A stretch of 64,000 bases of DNA, from the NCBI RefSeq assembly GCF_009914755.1, contig NC_060927.1; one strand, 5' to 3'. Positions 14,860 through 31,900 of this stretch are shown here, in pieces. This DNA comes from the human T2T-CHM13v2.0 reference genome, Homo sapiens. Under the pieces are notes generated by a model that saw nothing but the letters and a program-made list of their open reading frames with translations, made no database searches and was not told where the DNA came from. Every line of letters begins with the position of its first letter. The first letter of the stretch is position 1. The position numbers and the translations under genes were made by a program.

Positions 14860-17800
14860 TCTGTACATAAAATATCAAAGTACACCAGATATATATTCTA
14901 CAGTGTATATAAAATATCAAAGTACCCAAACTATACATTATATACTGTACATAAAATATGAAATTACATCAAATATATATTATATTAGGTACATAAAATA
15001 TGAAAGTACATGAAGTATAGATTATATACTGTACATAAAATATCAAAGTACCCCAAATTTATATTATATACTATACATGAAATATCAAAGTTCACAAACT
15101 ATATATTATATACTGTACATAAAATATCAAAGTACCCAAGGTATATATTCTATAGTGTACAAAAAATATCAAAGTACCCAAAGCATGTATTATATACCGT
15201 ATGTAAAATATAAAATTACATCAAATATATATTTTATTCTGTACATAAAATATCAAAGTACACCAGATATATATACTATAGTGTACATAAAATAACAAAG
15301 TACCCAAACTATACATTATACACTGCACATAAAATATGAAATTACATCTAATATATATTAGGTACATAAAATATGAAAGTACATCAAATATAGATTATAT
15401 ACTGTAAATATAATATCAATGTACCCCAAATATATATTTTATACTCTACATGAAATATCAAAGTTCACAAACCATATATTATATACTGTACATAAAATAT
15501 CAAAGTACCCAAGGTATATATTCTATACTGTACAAAAAATATCAAAGTACCCAAAGCATGTATTATATACTGTACATAAAATATGAAAGTACATCAAATA
15601 TATATTTTATTCTGTACATAAAATATCAAAGTACACCAGATATATATTCTAAAGTGTACATAAAATAACAAAGTACACAAACTATAAATTATATCCTGTA
15701 CATAAAATATGAAATTACATCAAATATATATTAGGTACATAAAATATGAAAGTACATCAAATATAGATTATATACTGTACATTAAGTACCAAAGTACACC
15801 AAATATATATTTTATTCTGTACATAAAATATCAAAGTACACCAGATATATATTCTATAGTGTACATAAAATATCAAAGTACCCAAACTATACATTATATA
15901 CTGTACATAAAATATGAAATTACAGCAAATATATATTATATTAGGTAAATGAAATATGAAAGTACATCAAATATAGATTATATACTGTACATAAAATATG
16001 AAAGTACCCCAAATATATATTATATACTCTACATGAAATATCAAAGTTCACAAATTATATATTATATACTGTACATAAAATATCAAAGTACCCAAGGTAT
16101 ATATTCTATACTGTACAAAAAATATCAAAGTATCCAAAGCATGTATTATATACTGTATATAAAATATGAAAGTACATCAAATATATATTTTATTCTGTAC
16201 ATAAAATATCAAAGTACACCAGATATATATTCTATAGTGTACATAAAATATCAAAGTACCCAAACTATACATTATATACTGTACATAAAATATGAAATTA
16301 CAGCAAATATATATTATATTAGGTACATAAAATATGAAAGTACATCAAATATAGATTATATACTGTACATTAAATACCAAAGTACCCCAAATATATATTT
16401 TATACTGTACATGAAATATCAAAGTTCACAAATTATATATTATATACTGTACATAAAATATCAATGTACCCAAGGTATATATTCTATACTGCACAAAAAA
16501 TATCAAAGTACCCAAAGCATGTATTATATACTGTATATAAAATATGAAAGTACATCAAATATATATTTTATTCTGTACATAAAATATCAAAGTACACCAG
16601 ATATATATTCTATAGTGTACATAAAATATCAAAGTACCCAAACTATACATTATATACTGTACATAAAATATGAAATTACATCAAATATATATTATATTAG
16701 GTACATAAAATACGAAAGTACATCAAATATAGATTATATACTGTACATAAAATATGAAAGTACCCCTATATATATTATATACTCTACATGAAATATCAAA
16801 GTTTACAAACTATATATTATGTACTGTACATAAAATATCAAAGTACCCAAGGTATATATTCTATACTGTACAAAAAATATCAAAGTACCCAAAGCATGTA
16901 TTATATAATGTACATAAAATATGAAAGTACATCAAATATATATTTTATTCTGTACATAAAATATCAAAGAACACCAGATATATATTCTATAGTGTACATA
17001 AAATATCAAAGTACCCAAACTATACATTATATACTGTACATAAAATATGAAATTACATCAAATATATATTATATTAGGTACATAAAATATGAAAGTACAT
17101 CAAATATAGATTATATACTGTAAATATAATATCAATGTACCCCAAATATATATTTTATACTCTACATGAAATATCAAAGTTCACAAACCATATATTATAT
17201 ACTGTACATAAAATATCAAAGTACCCAAGGTATATATTCTATACTGTACAAAAAATATCAAAGTACCCAAAGCATGTATTATATACTATACCTAAAATAT
17301 GAAAGTACATCAAATATATATTTTATTCTGTACATAAAATATCAAAGTACACCAGATATATATTCTACAGTGTACATAAAATATCAAAGTACCCAAACTA
17401 TACATTATATACTGTACATAAAATATGAAATTACATCAAATATATATTATATTAGGTACATAAAATACGAAAGTACATCAAATATAGATTATATACTGTA
17501 CATAAAATATCAAAGTACCCCAATATATATTATATACTGTACATGAAATATCAAAGTTCACAAACTATATATTATGTACTGTACATAAAATATCAAAGTA
17601 CCCAAGGTATATATTCTATACTGTACAAAAAATATCAAAGTACCCAAAGCATGTATTATATAATGTACATAAAATATGAAAGTACATCAAATATATATTT
17701 TATTCTGTACATAAAATATCAAAGTACACCAGATATATATTCTATAGCGTACATAAAATATCAAAGTACACAAACTATACATTATATACTGTACATAAAA

Positions 17801-20800
17801 TATGAAATTACATCAAATATATATTATATCAGGTAAATGAAATATGAAAGTACATCAAATATAGATTATATACTGTACATAAAATATGAAAGTACCCCAA
17901 ATATATATTATATACTCTACATGAAATATCAAAGTTCACAAACTATATATTATATACTGTACATAAAATATCAAAGTACCCAAGGTATATATTCTATACT
18001 GTACAAAAAATATCAAAGTATCCAAAGCATGTATTATATACTGTATATAAAATATGAAAGTACATCAAATATATATTTTATTCTGTACATAAAATATCAA
18101 AGTACACCAGATATATATTCTATAGCGTACATAAAATATCAAAGTACACAAACTATACATTATATACTGTACATAAAATATGAAATTACATCAAATATAT
18201 ATTATATTAGGTACATAAAATATGAAAGTACATCAAATATAGATTATATACTGTAAATATAATATCAATGTACCCCAAATATATATTTTATACTCTACAT
18301 GAAATATCAAAGTTCACAAACCATATATTATATACTGTACATAAAATATCAAAGTACCCAAGGTATATATTCTATACCGTACAAAAAATATCAAAGTACC
18401 CAAAGCATGTATTATATACTGTACATAAAATATGAAAGTACATCAAATATATATTTTATTCTGTACATAAAATATCAAAGTACACCAGATATATATTCTA
18501 TAGTGTACATAAAATATCAAAGTACCCAAACTATACATTATATACTGTACATAAAATATGAAATTACATCAAATATATATTATATTAGGTAAATGAAATA
18601 TGAAAGTACATCAAATATAGATTGTATACTGTACATAAAATATGAAAGTACCCCAAATATATATTATATACTCTACATGAAATATCAAAGTTCACAAACT
18701 ATATATTATATACTGTACATAAAATATCAAAGTACCCAAGTTATATATTCTATACTGTACAAAAAATATCAAAGTATCCAAAGCATGTATTATATACTGT
18801 ATATAAAATATGAAAGTACATCAAATATATATTTTATTCTGTACATAAAATATCAAAGTACACCAGATATATATTCTATAGTGTACATAAAATATCAAAG
18901 TACCCAAACTATACATTATATACTGTACATAAAATATGAATTACAGCAAATATATATTATATTAGGTACATAAAATATGAAAGTACATCAAATATAGATT
19001 ATATACTCTACATTAAATACCAAAGTACCCCAAATATATATTTTATACTGTACATGAAATATCAAAGTTCACAAACTATATATTATATACTGTACATAAA
19101 ATATCAATATACCCAAGGTATATATTCTATACTGCACAAAAAATATCAAAGTACCCAAAGCATGTATTATATACTGTATATAAAATATGAAAGTACATCA
19201 AATATATATTTTATTCTGTACATAAAATATCAAAGTACACCAGATATATATTCTATAGTGTACATAAAATATCAAAGTACCCAAACTATACATTATATAC
19301 TGTACATAAAATATGAAATTACATCAAATATATATTATATTAGGTACATAAAATACGAAAGTACATCAAATATAGATTATATACTGTACATAAAATATGA
19401 AAGTACCCCAATATATATTATATACTCTACATGAAATATCAAAGTTCACAAACTATATATTATGTACTGTACATAAAATATCAAACTACCCAAGGTATAT
19501 ATTCTATACTGTACAAAAAATATCAAAGTACCCAAAGCATGTATTATATAATGTACATAAAATATCAAAGTACATCAAATATATATTTTATTCTGTACAT
19601 AAAATATCAAAGAACACCAGATATATATTCTATAGTGTACATAAAATATCAAAGTACCCAAACTATACATTATATACTGTACATAAAATATGAAATTACA
19701 GCAAATATATATTAGGTACATAAAATATGAAAGTACATCAAATATAGATTATATACTGTACATATAATATCAATGTACCCGAAATATATATTTTATACTC
19801 TACATGAAATATCAAAGTTCACAAACCATATATTGTATACTGCACATAAAATATCAAAATACACAAGGTATATATTCTATATTGTACAAAAAATATCAAA
19901 GTACCCAAAGCAGGTATTATATACTGTATATAAAATATGAAAGTACATCAAATATATATTTTATTCTGTACATAAAATATCAAAGTACACCAGATATATA
20001 TTCTATAGTGTACATAAAATATCAAGGTACCCAAACTATATATTATATACTGTACATAAAATATGAAATTACAGCAAATATATATTATATTAGGTACATA
20101 AAATATGAAAGTACATCAAATATAGATTATATACTGTACATTAAATACCAAAGTACCCCAAATATATATTTTATACTGTACATGAAATATCAAAGTTCAC
20201 AAACTATATATTATATACTGTACATAAAATATCAATGTACCCAAGGTATATATTCTATACTGCACAAAAAATATCAAAGTACCCAAAGCATGTATTATAT
20301 ACTGTATATAAAATATGAAAGTACATCAAATATATATTTTATTCTGTACATAAAATATCAAAGTACACCAGATATATATTCTATAGTGTACATAAAATAT
20401 CAAAGTACCCAAACTATACATTATATACTGTACATAAATATGAAATTACATCAAATATATATTATGTTAGGTACATAAAATATGAAAGTACATGAAGTAT
20501 AGATTATATACTGTAGATAAAATATCAAAGTACCCCAAATTTATATTATATACTATACATGAAATATCAAAGTTCACAAACTATATATTATATACTGTAC
20601 ATAAAATATCAAAGTACCCAAGGTATATATTCTATAGTGTACAAAAAATATCAAAGTACCCAAAGCATGTATTATATACCGTACATAAAATATAAAATTA
20701 CATCAAATATATATTTTATTCTGTACATAAAATATCAAAGTACACCAGATATATATACTATAGTGTACATAAAATACCAAAGTACCCAAACTATACATTA

Positions 20801-23800
20801 TACACTGTACATAAAATATGAAATTACATCAAATATATATTAGGTACATAAAATATGAAAGTACATCAAATATAGATTATATACTGTAAATATAATATCA
20901 ATGTACCCCAAATATATATTTTATACTCTACATGAAATATCAAAGTTCACAAACCATATATTATATACTGTACATAAAATATCAAAGTACCCAAGGTATA
21001 TATTCTATACTGAACAAAAAATATCAAAGTACCCAAAGCATGTATTATATACTGTACATAAAATATGAAAGTACATCAAATATATATTTTATTCTGTACA
21101 TAAAATATCAAAGTACACCAGATATATATTCTACAGTGTATATAAAATATCAAAGTACCCAAACTATACATTATATACTGTACATAAAATATGAAATTAC
21201 ATCAAATATATATTATATTAGGTACATAAAATATGAAAGTACATGAAGTATAGATTATATACTGTACATAAAATATCAAAGTACCCCAAATTTATATTAT
21301 ATACTATACATGAAATATCAAAGTTCACAAACTATATATTATATACTGTACATAAAATATCAAAGTACCCAAGGTATATATTCTATAGTGTACAAAAAAT
21401 ATCAAAGTACCCAAAGCATGTATTATATACCGTATGTAAAATATAAAATTACATCAAATATATATTTTATTCTGTACATAAAATATCAAAGTACACCAGA
21501 TATATATACTATAGTGTACATAAAATAACAAAGTACCCAAACTATACATTATACACTGCACATAAAATATGAAATTACATCTAATATATATTAGGTACAT
21601 AAAATATGAAAGTACATCAAATATAGATTATATACTGTAAATATAATATCAATGTACCCCAAATATATATTTTATACTCTACATGAAATATCAAAGTTCA
21701 CAAACCATATATTATATACTGTACATAAAATATCAAAGTACCCAAGGTATATATTCTATACTGTACAAAAAATATCAAAGTACCCAAAGCATGTATTATA
21801 TACTGTACATAAAATATGAAAGTACATCAAATATATATTTTATTCTGTACATAAAATATCAAAGTACACCAGATATATATTCTAAAGTGTACATAAAATA
21901 ACAAAGTACACAAACTATAAATTATATCCTGTACATAAAATATGAAATTACATCAAATATATATTAGGTACATAAAATATGAAAGTACATCAAATATAGA
22001 TTATATACTGTACATTAAGTACCAAAGTACACCAAATATATATTTTATTCTGTACATAAAATATCAAAGTACACCAGATATATATTCTATAGTGTACATA
22101 AAATATCAAAGTACCCAAACTATACATTATATACTGTACATAAAATATGAAATTACAGCAAATATATATTATATTAGGTAAATGAAATATGAAAGTACAT
22201 CAAATATAGATTATATACTGTACATAAAATATGAAAGTACCCCAAATATATATTATATACTCTACATGAAATATCAAAGTTCACAAATTATATATTATAT
22301 ACTGTACATAAAATATCAAAGTACCCAAGGTATATATTCTATACTGTACAAAAAATATCAAAGTATCCAAAGCATGTATTATATACTGTATATAAAATAT
22401 GAAAGTACATCAAATATATATTTTATTCTGTACATAAAATATCAAAGTACACCAGATATATATTCTATAGTGTACATAAAATATCAAAGTACCCAAACTA
22501 TACATTATATACTGTACATAAAATATGAAATTACAGCAAATATATATTATATTAGGTACATAAAATATGAAAGTACATCAAATATAGATTATATACTGTA
22601 CATTAAATACCAAAGTACCCCAAATATATATTTTATACTGTACATGAAATATCAAAGTTCACAAATTATATATTATATACTGTACATAAAATATCAATGT
22701 ACCCAAGGTATATATTCTATACTGCACAAAAAATATCAAAGTACCCAAAGCATGTATTATATACTGTATATAAAATATGAAAGTACATCAAATATATATT
22801 TTATTCTGTACATAAAATATCAAAGTACACCAGATATATATTCTATAGTGTACATAAAATATCAAAGTACCCAAACTATACATTATATACTGTACATAAA
22901 ATATGAAATTACATCAAATATATATTATATTAGGTACATAAAATACGAAAGTACATCAAATATAGATTATATACTGTACATAAAATATGAAAGTACCCCT
23001 ATATATATTATATACTCTACATGAAATATCAAAGTTTACAAACTATATATTATGTACTGTACATAAAATATCAAAGTACCCAAGGTATATATTCTATACT
23101 GTACAAAAAATATCAAAGTACCCAAAGCATGTATTATATAATGTACATAAAATATGAAAGTACATCAAATATATATTTTATTCTGTACATAAAATATCAA
23201 AGAACACCAGATATATATTCTATAGTGTACATAAAATATCAAAGTACCCAAACTATACATTATATACTGTACATAAAATATGAAATTACATCAAATATAT
23301 ATTATATTAGGTACATAAAATATGAAAGTACATCAAATATAGATTATATACTGTAAATATAATATCAATGTACCCCAAATATATATTTTATACTCTACAT
23401 GAAATATCAAAGTTCACAAACCATATATTATATACTGTACATAAAATATCAAAGTACCCAAGGTATATATTCTATACTGTACAAAAAATATCAAAGTACC
23501 CAAAGCATGTATTATATACTATACCTAAAATATGAAAGTACATCAAATATATATTTTATTCTGTACATAAAATATCAAAGTACACCAGATATATATTCTA
23601 CAGTGTACATAAAATATCAAAGTACCCAAACTATACATTATATACTGTACATAAAATATGAAATTACATCAAATATATATTATATTAGGTACATAAAATA
23701 CGAAAGTACATCAAATATAGATTATATACTGTACATAAAATATCAAAGTACCCCAATATATATTATATACTGTACATGAAATATCAAAGTTCACAAACTA

Positions 23801-25925
23801 TATATTATGTACTGTACATAAAATATCAAAGTACCCAAGGTATATATTCTATACTGTACAAAAAATATCAAAGTACCCAAAGCATGTATTATATAATGTA
23901 CATAAAATATGAAAGTACATCAAATATATATTTTATTCTGTACATAAAATATCAAAGTACACCAGATATATATTCTATAGCGTACATAAAATATCAAAGT
24001 ACACAAACTATACATTATATACTGTACATAAAATATGAAATTACATCAAATATATATTATATTAGGTAAATGAAATATGAAAGTACATCAAATATAGATT
24101 ATATACTGTACATAAAATATGAAAGTACCCCAAATATATATTATATACTCTACATGAAATATCAAAGTTCACAAACTATATATTATATACTGTACATAAA
24201 ATATCAAAGTACCCAAGGTATATATTCTATACTGTACAAAAAATATCAAAGTATCCAAAGCATGTATTATATACTGTATATAAAATATGAAAGTACATCA
24301 AATATATATTTTATTCTGTACATAAAATATCAAAGTACACCAGATATATATTCTATAGCGTACATAAAATATCAAAGTACACAAACTATACATTATATAC
24401 TGTACATAAAATATGAAATTACATCAAATATATATTATATTAGGTACATAAAATATGAAAGTACATCAAATATAGATTATATACTGTAAATATAATATCA
24501 ATGTACCCCAAATATATATTTTATACTCTACATGAAATATCAAAGTTCACAAACCATATATTATATACTGTACATAAAATATCAAAGTACCCAAGGTATA
24601 TATTCTATACCGTACAAAAAATATCAAAGTACCCAAAGCATGTATTATATACTGTACATAAAATATGAAAGTACATCAAATATATATTTTATTCTGTACA
24701 TAAAATATCAAAGTACACCAGATATATATTCTATAGTGTACATAAAATATCAAAGTACCCAAACTATACATTATATACTGTACATAAAATATGAAATTAC
24801 ATCAAATATATATTATATTAGGTAAATGAAATATGAAAGTACATCAAATATAGATTGTATACTGTACATAAAATATGAAAGTACCCCAAATATATATTAT
24901 ATACTCTACATGAAATATCAAAGTTCACAAACTATATATTATATACTGTACATAAAATATCAAAGTACCCAAGTTATATATTCTATACTGTACAAAAAAT
25001 ATCAAAGTATCCAAAGCATGTATTATATACTGTATATAAAATATGAAAGTACATCAAATATATATTTTATTCTGTACATAAAATATCAAAGTACACCAGA
25101 TATATATTCTATAGTGTACATAAAATATCAAAGTACCCAAACTATACATTATATACTGTACATAAAATATGAATTACAGCAAATATATATTATATTAGGT
25201 ACATAAAATATGAAAGTACATCAAATATAGATTATATACTCTACATTAAATACCAAAGTACCCCAAATATATATTTTATACTGTACATGAAATATCAAAG
25301 TTCACAAACTATATATTATATACTGTACATAAAATATCAATATACCCAAGGTATATATTCTATACTGCACAAAAAATATCAAAGTACCCAAAGCATGTAT
25401 TATATACTGTATATAAAATATGAAAGTACATCAAATATATATTTTATTCTGTACATAAAATATCAAAGTACACCAGATATATATTCTATAGTGTACATAA
25501 AATATCAAAGTACCCAAACTATACATTATATACTGTACATAAAATATGAAATTACATCAAATATATATTATATTAGGTACATAAAATACGAAAGTACATC
25601 AAATATAGATTATATACTGTACATAAAATATGAAAGTACCCCAATATATATTATATACTCTACATGAAATATCAAAGTTCACAAACTATATATTATGTAC
25701 TGTACATAAAATATCAAACTACCCAAGGTATATATTCTATACTGTACAAAAAATATCAAAGTACCCAAAGCATGTATTATATAATGTACATAAAATATCA
25801 AAGTACATCAAATATATATTTTATTCTGTACATAAAATATCAAAGAACACCAGATATATATTCTATAGTGTACATAAAATATCAAAGTACCCAAACTATA
25901 CATTATATACTGTACATAAAATATG
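14860..25925 (+). repeat. Near-identical ~4.8-kb direct duplication (~14860-19690 and ~21093-25925), offset 6233 bp
   Basis: ORF pairs 15010/21243, 15949/22182, 17543/23776, 18593/24826 and 19431/25664 all differ by 6233, and the two blocks share many private variants. Confidence 0.9.
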
Positions 25926-28900
25926 AAATTACATCAAATATATATTATATTAGGTACATAAAATATGAAAGTACATCAAATATAGATTATATACTGTAAA
26001 TATAATATCAATGTACCCCAAATATATATTTTATACTCTACATGAAATATCAAAGTTCACAAACCATATATTATATACTGTACATAAAATATCAAAGTAC
26101 CCAAGGTATATATTCTATACTGTACAAAAAATATCAAAGTACCCAAAGCATGTATTATATACTGTATATAAAATATGAAAGTACATCAAATATATATTTT
26201 ATTCTGTACATAAAATATCAAAGTACACCAGATATATATTCTATAGTGTACATAAAATAACAAAGTACACAAACTATAAAGTATATCCTGTACATAAAAT
26301 ATGAAATTACATCAAATATATATTAGGTACATAAAATATGAAAGTACATCAAATATAGATTATATACTGTACATTAAGTACCAAAGTACACCAAATATAT
26401 ATTTTATTCTGTACATAAAATATCAAAGTACACCAGATATATATTCTATAGTGTACATAAAATATCAAAGTACCCAAACTATACATTATATACTGTACAT
26501 AAAATATGAAATTACATCAAATATATATTATATTAGGTAAATGAAATATGAAAGTACATCAAATATAGATTATATACTGTACATAAAATAGCAAAGTTCC
26601 CCAAATATATATTATATACTGTACATGAAATATCAAAGTTCACAAACTATATATTATGTACTGTACATAAAATATCAAAGTACCCAAGGTATATATTCTA
26701 TACTGTACAAAAAATATCAAAGTACCCAAAGCATGTATTATATAATGTACATAAAATATGAAAGTACATCAAATATATATTTTATTCTGTACATAAAATA
26801 TCAAAGAACACCAGATATATATTCTATAGTGTACATAAAATATCAAAGTACCCAAACTATACATTATATACTGTACATAAAATATGAAATTACATCATAT
26901 AGATATTAGGTACATAAAATATGAAAGTACATCAAATATATATTTTATTCTGTACATAAAATATCAAAGTACACCAGATATATATTCTATAGTGTACATA
27001 AAATAACAAAGTACACAAACTATAAATTATATACTGTACATAAAATATGAAATTACATCAAATATATATTAGGTACATAAAATATGAAAGTACATCAAAT
27101 ATAGATTATATACTGTACATATAATATAAATGTACCCGAAATATATATTTTATACTCTACATGAAATATCAAAGTTCACAAACCATATATTGTATACTGC
27201 ACATAAAATATCAAAATACCCAAGGTATATATTCTATACTGTACAAAAAATATCAAAGTACCCAAAGCAGGTATTATATACTGTACATAAAATATGAAAG
27301 TACATCAAATATATATTTTATTCTGTACATAAAATATCAAAGTACACCAGATATATATTCTATAGCGTACATAAAATATCAAAGTACACAAACTATACAT
27401 TATATACTGTACATAAAATATGAAATTACATCAAATATATATTATATTAGGTACATAAAAGATGAAAGTACATCAAATATAGATTATATACTGTAAATAT
27501 AATATCAATGTACCCCAAATATATATTTTATACTCTACATGAAATATCAAAGGTCACAAACCATATATTATATACTGTACATAAAATATCAAAGTACCCA
27601 AGGTATATATTCTATACTGTACAAAAAATATCAAAGTATCCAAAGCATGTATTATATACTGTATATAAAATATGAAAGTACATCAAATATATATTTTATT
27701 CTGTATATAAAATATCAAAGTACACCAGATATATATTCTATAGCGTACATAAAATATCAAAGTACACAAACTATACATTATATACTGTACATAAAATATG
27801 AAATTACATCAAATATATATTATATTAGGTACATAAAAGATGAAAGTACATCAAATATAGATTATATACTGTAAATATAATATCAATGTACCCCAAATAT
27901 ATATTTTATACTCTACATGAAATATCAAAGTTCACAAACCATATATTATATACTGTACATAAAATATCAAAGTACCCAAGGTATATATTCTATACTGTAC
28001 AAAAAATATCAAAGTACCCAAAGCATGTATTATATACTGTACATAAAATATGAAAGTACATCAAATATATATTTTATTCTGTACATAAAATATCAAAGTA
28101 CACCAGATATATATTCTATAGTGTACATAAAATATCAAAGTACCCAAACTATACATTATATACTGTACATAAAATATGAAATTACATCAAATATATATTA
28201 TATTAGGTAAATGAAATATGAAAGTACATCAAATATAGATTATATACTGTACATAAAATATGAAAGTACCCCAAATATATATTATATACTCTACATGAAA
28301 TATCAAAGTTCACAAACTATATATTATATACTGTACATAAAATATCAAAGTACCCAAGGTATATATTCTATACTGTACAAAAAATATCAAAGTATCCAAA
28401 GCATGTATTATATACTGTATATAAAATATGAAAGTACATCAAATATATATTTTATTCTGTACATAAAATATCAAAGTACACCAGATATATATTCTATAGT
28501 GTACATAAAATATCAAAGTACCCAAACTATACATTATATACTGTACATAAAATATGAAATTACAGCAAATATATATTATATTAGGTACATAAAATATGAA
28601 AGTATATCAAATATAGATTATATACTCTACATTAAATACCAAAGTACCCCAAATATATATTTTATACTGTACATGAAATATCAAAGTTCACAAACTATAT
28701 ATTATATACTGTACATAAAATATCAATGTACCCAAGGTATATATTCTATACTGCACAAAAAATATCAAAGTACCCAAAGCATGTATTATATACTGTATAT
28801 AAAATAGGAAAGTACATCAAATATATATTTTATTCTGTACATAAAATATCAAAGTACACCAGATATATATTCTATAGTGTACATAAAATATCAAAGTACC

Positions 28901-31900
28901 CAAACTATACATTATATCCTGTACATAAAATATGAAATTACATCAAATATATATTATATTAGGTACTTAAAATACGAAAGTACATCAAATATAGATTATA
29001 TACTGTACATAAAATATGAAAGTACCCCAATATATATTATATACTCTACATGAAATATCAAAGTTCACAAACTATATATTATGTACTGTACATAAAATAT
29101 CAAACTACCCAAGGTATATATTCTATACTGTACAAAAAATATCAAAGTACCCAAAGCATGTATTATATAATGTACATAAAATATGAAAGTACATCAAATA
29201 TATATTTTATTCTGTACATAAAATATCAAAGAACACCAGATATATATTCTATAGTGTACATAAAATATCAAAGTACCCAAACTATACATTATATACTGTA
29301 CATAAAATATGAAATTACATCATATATATATTAGGTACATAAAATATGAAAGTACATCAAATATATATTTTATTCTGTACATAAAATATCAAAGTACACC
29401 AGATATATATTCTATAGTGTACATAAAATAACAAAGTACACAAACTATAAAATATGTACTGTACATAAAATATGAAATTACATCAAATATATATTAGGTA
29501 CATAAAATATGAAAGTACATCAAATATAGATTATATACTGTACATATAATATCAATGTACCCGAAATATATATTTTATACTCTACATGAAATATCAAAGT
29601 TCACAAACCATATATTGTATACTGCACATAAAATATCAAAATACACAAGGTATATATTCTATACTGTACAAAAAATATCAAAGTACCCAAAGCAGGTATT
29701 ATATACTGTATATAAAATATGAAAGTACATCAAATATATATTTTATTCTGTACATAAAATATCAAAGTACACCAGATATATATTCTATAGTGTACATAAA
29801 ATATCAAGGTACCCAAACTATATATTATATACTGTACATAAAATATGAAATTACAGCAAATATATATTATATTAGGTACATAAAATATGAAAGTACATCA
29901 AATATAGATTATATACTGTACATTAAATACCAAAGTACCCCAAATATATATTTTATACTGTACATGAAATATCAAAGTTCACAAACTATATATTATATAC
30001 TGTACATAAAATATCAATGTACCCAAGGTATATATTCTATACTGCACAAAAAATATCAAAGTACCCAAAGCATGTATTATATACTGTATATAAAATATGA
30101 AAGTACATCAAATATATATTTTATTCTGTACATAAAATATCAAAGTACACCAGATATATATTCTATAGTGTACATAAAATATCAAAGTACCCAAACTATA
30201 CATTATATACTGTACATAAATATGAAATTACATCAAATATATATTATGTTAGGTACATAAAATATGAAAGTACATGAAGTATAGATTATATACTGTAGAT
30301 AAAATATCAAAGTACCCCAAATTTATATTATATACTATACATGAAATATCAAAGTTCACAAACTATATATTATATACTGTACATAAAATATCAAAGTACC
30401 CAAGGTATATATTCTATAGTGTACAAAAAATATCAAAGTACCCAAAGCATGTATTATATACCGTACATAAAATATAAAATTACATCAAATATATATTTTA
30501 TTCTGTACATAAAATATCAAAGTACACCAGATATATATACTATAGTGTACATAAAATACCAAAGTACCCAAACTATACATTATACACTGTACATAAAATA
30601 TGAAATTACATCAAATATATATTAGGTACATAAAATATGAAAGTACATCAAATATAGATTATATACTGTAAATATAATATCAATGTACCCCAAATATATA
30701 TTTTATACTCTACATGAAATATCAAAGTTCACAAACCATATATTATATACTGTACATAAAATATCAAAGTACCCAAGGTATATATTCTATACTGAACAAA
30801 AAATATCAAAGTACCCAAAGCATGTATTATATACTGTATATAAAATATGAAAGTACATCAAATATATATTTTATTCTGTACATAAAATATCAAAGTACAC
30901 CAGATATATATTCTATAGTGTACATAAAATATCAAAGTACCCAAACTATACATTATATACTGTACATAAAATATGAAATTACATCAAATATATATTAGGT
31001 ACATAAAATATGAAAGAACATCAAACATAGATTATATACTGTACAAAAAATATCAAAGTACCCCAAATATATATTATATACTCTACATGAAATATCAAAT
31101 TTCACAAACTATATATTATATACTGTACATAAAATATCAAAGTACCCAAGGTATATATTCTATACTGTACAAAAAATATCAAAGTACCCAAAGCATGTAT
31201 TATATACTGTATATAAAATATGAAAGTACATCAAATATATATTTTATTCTGTACATAAAATATCAAAGTACACCAGATATATATTCTATAGTGTACATAA
31301 AATAACAAAGTACACAAACTATAAATTATATACTGTACATAAAATATGAAATTACATCAAATATATATTAGGTACATAAAATATGAAAGTACATCAAATA
31401 TAGATTATATACTGTACATATAATATCAATGTACCCGAAATATATATTTTATACTCTACATGAAATATCAAAGTTCACAAACCATATATTATATACTGTG
31501 CATAAAATATCAAAGTACCCAAGGTATATATTCTATACTGTACAAAAAATATCAAAGTACCCAAAGCATGTATTATATACTGTACATAAAATATGAAATT
31601 ACATCAAATATATATTTTATTCTGTACATAAAATATCAAAGTACACCAGATATATATTCTATAGTGTACATAAAATATCAAAGTACCCAAACTATACATT
31701 ATATACTGTACATAAAATGTGAAATTACATCAAATATATATTATATTAGGTACATAAAATATGAAAGTACATCAAATATAGATTATATACTGTACATTAA
31801 ATACCAATATACCCCAAATATATATTTTATACTGTACATGAAATATCAAAGTTCACACACTATATATTATATACTGTACATAAAATATCAAAGTACCCAA

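Larger units (their letters stand above)
6186..15948 (+). repeat. Two tandem copies of a 4881/4882-bp super-repeat (12 HOR units, 117 monomers)
   Basis: Constant offsets: 6186->11067 (4881), then 8316->13198, 9004->13886, 9703->14585, 10827->15709 and 11067->15949 (all 4882). The order of variant units is the same in both copies. Confidence 0.88.
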
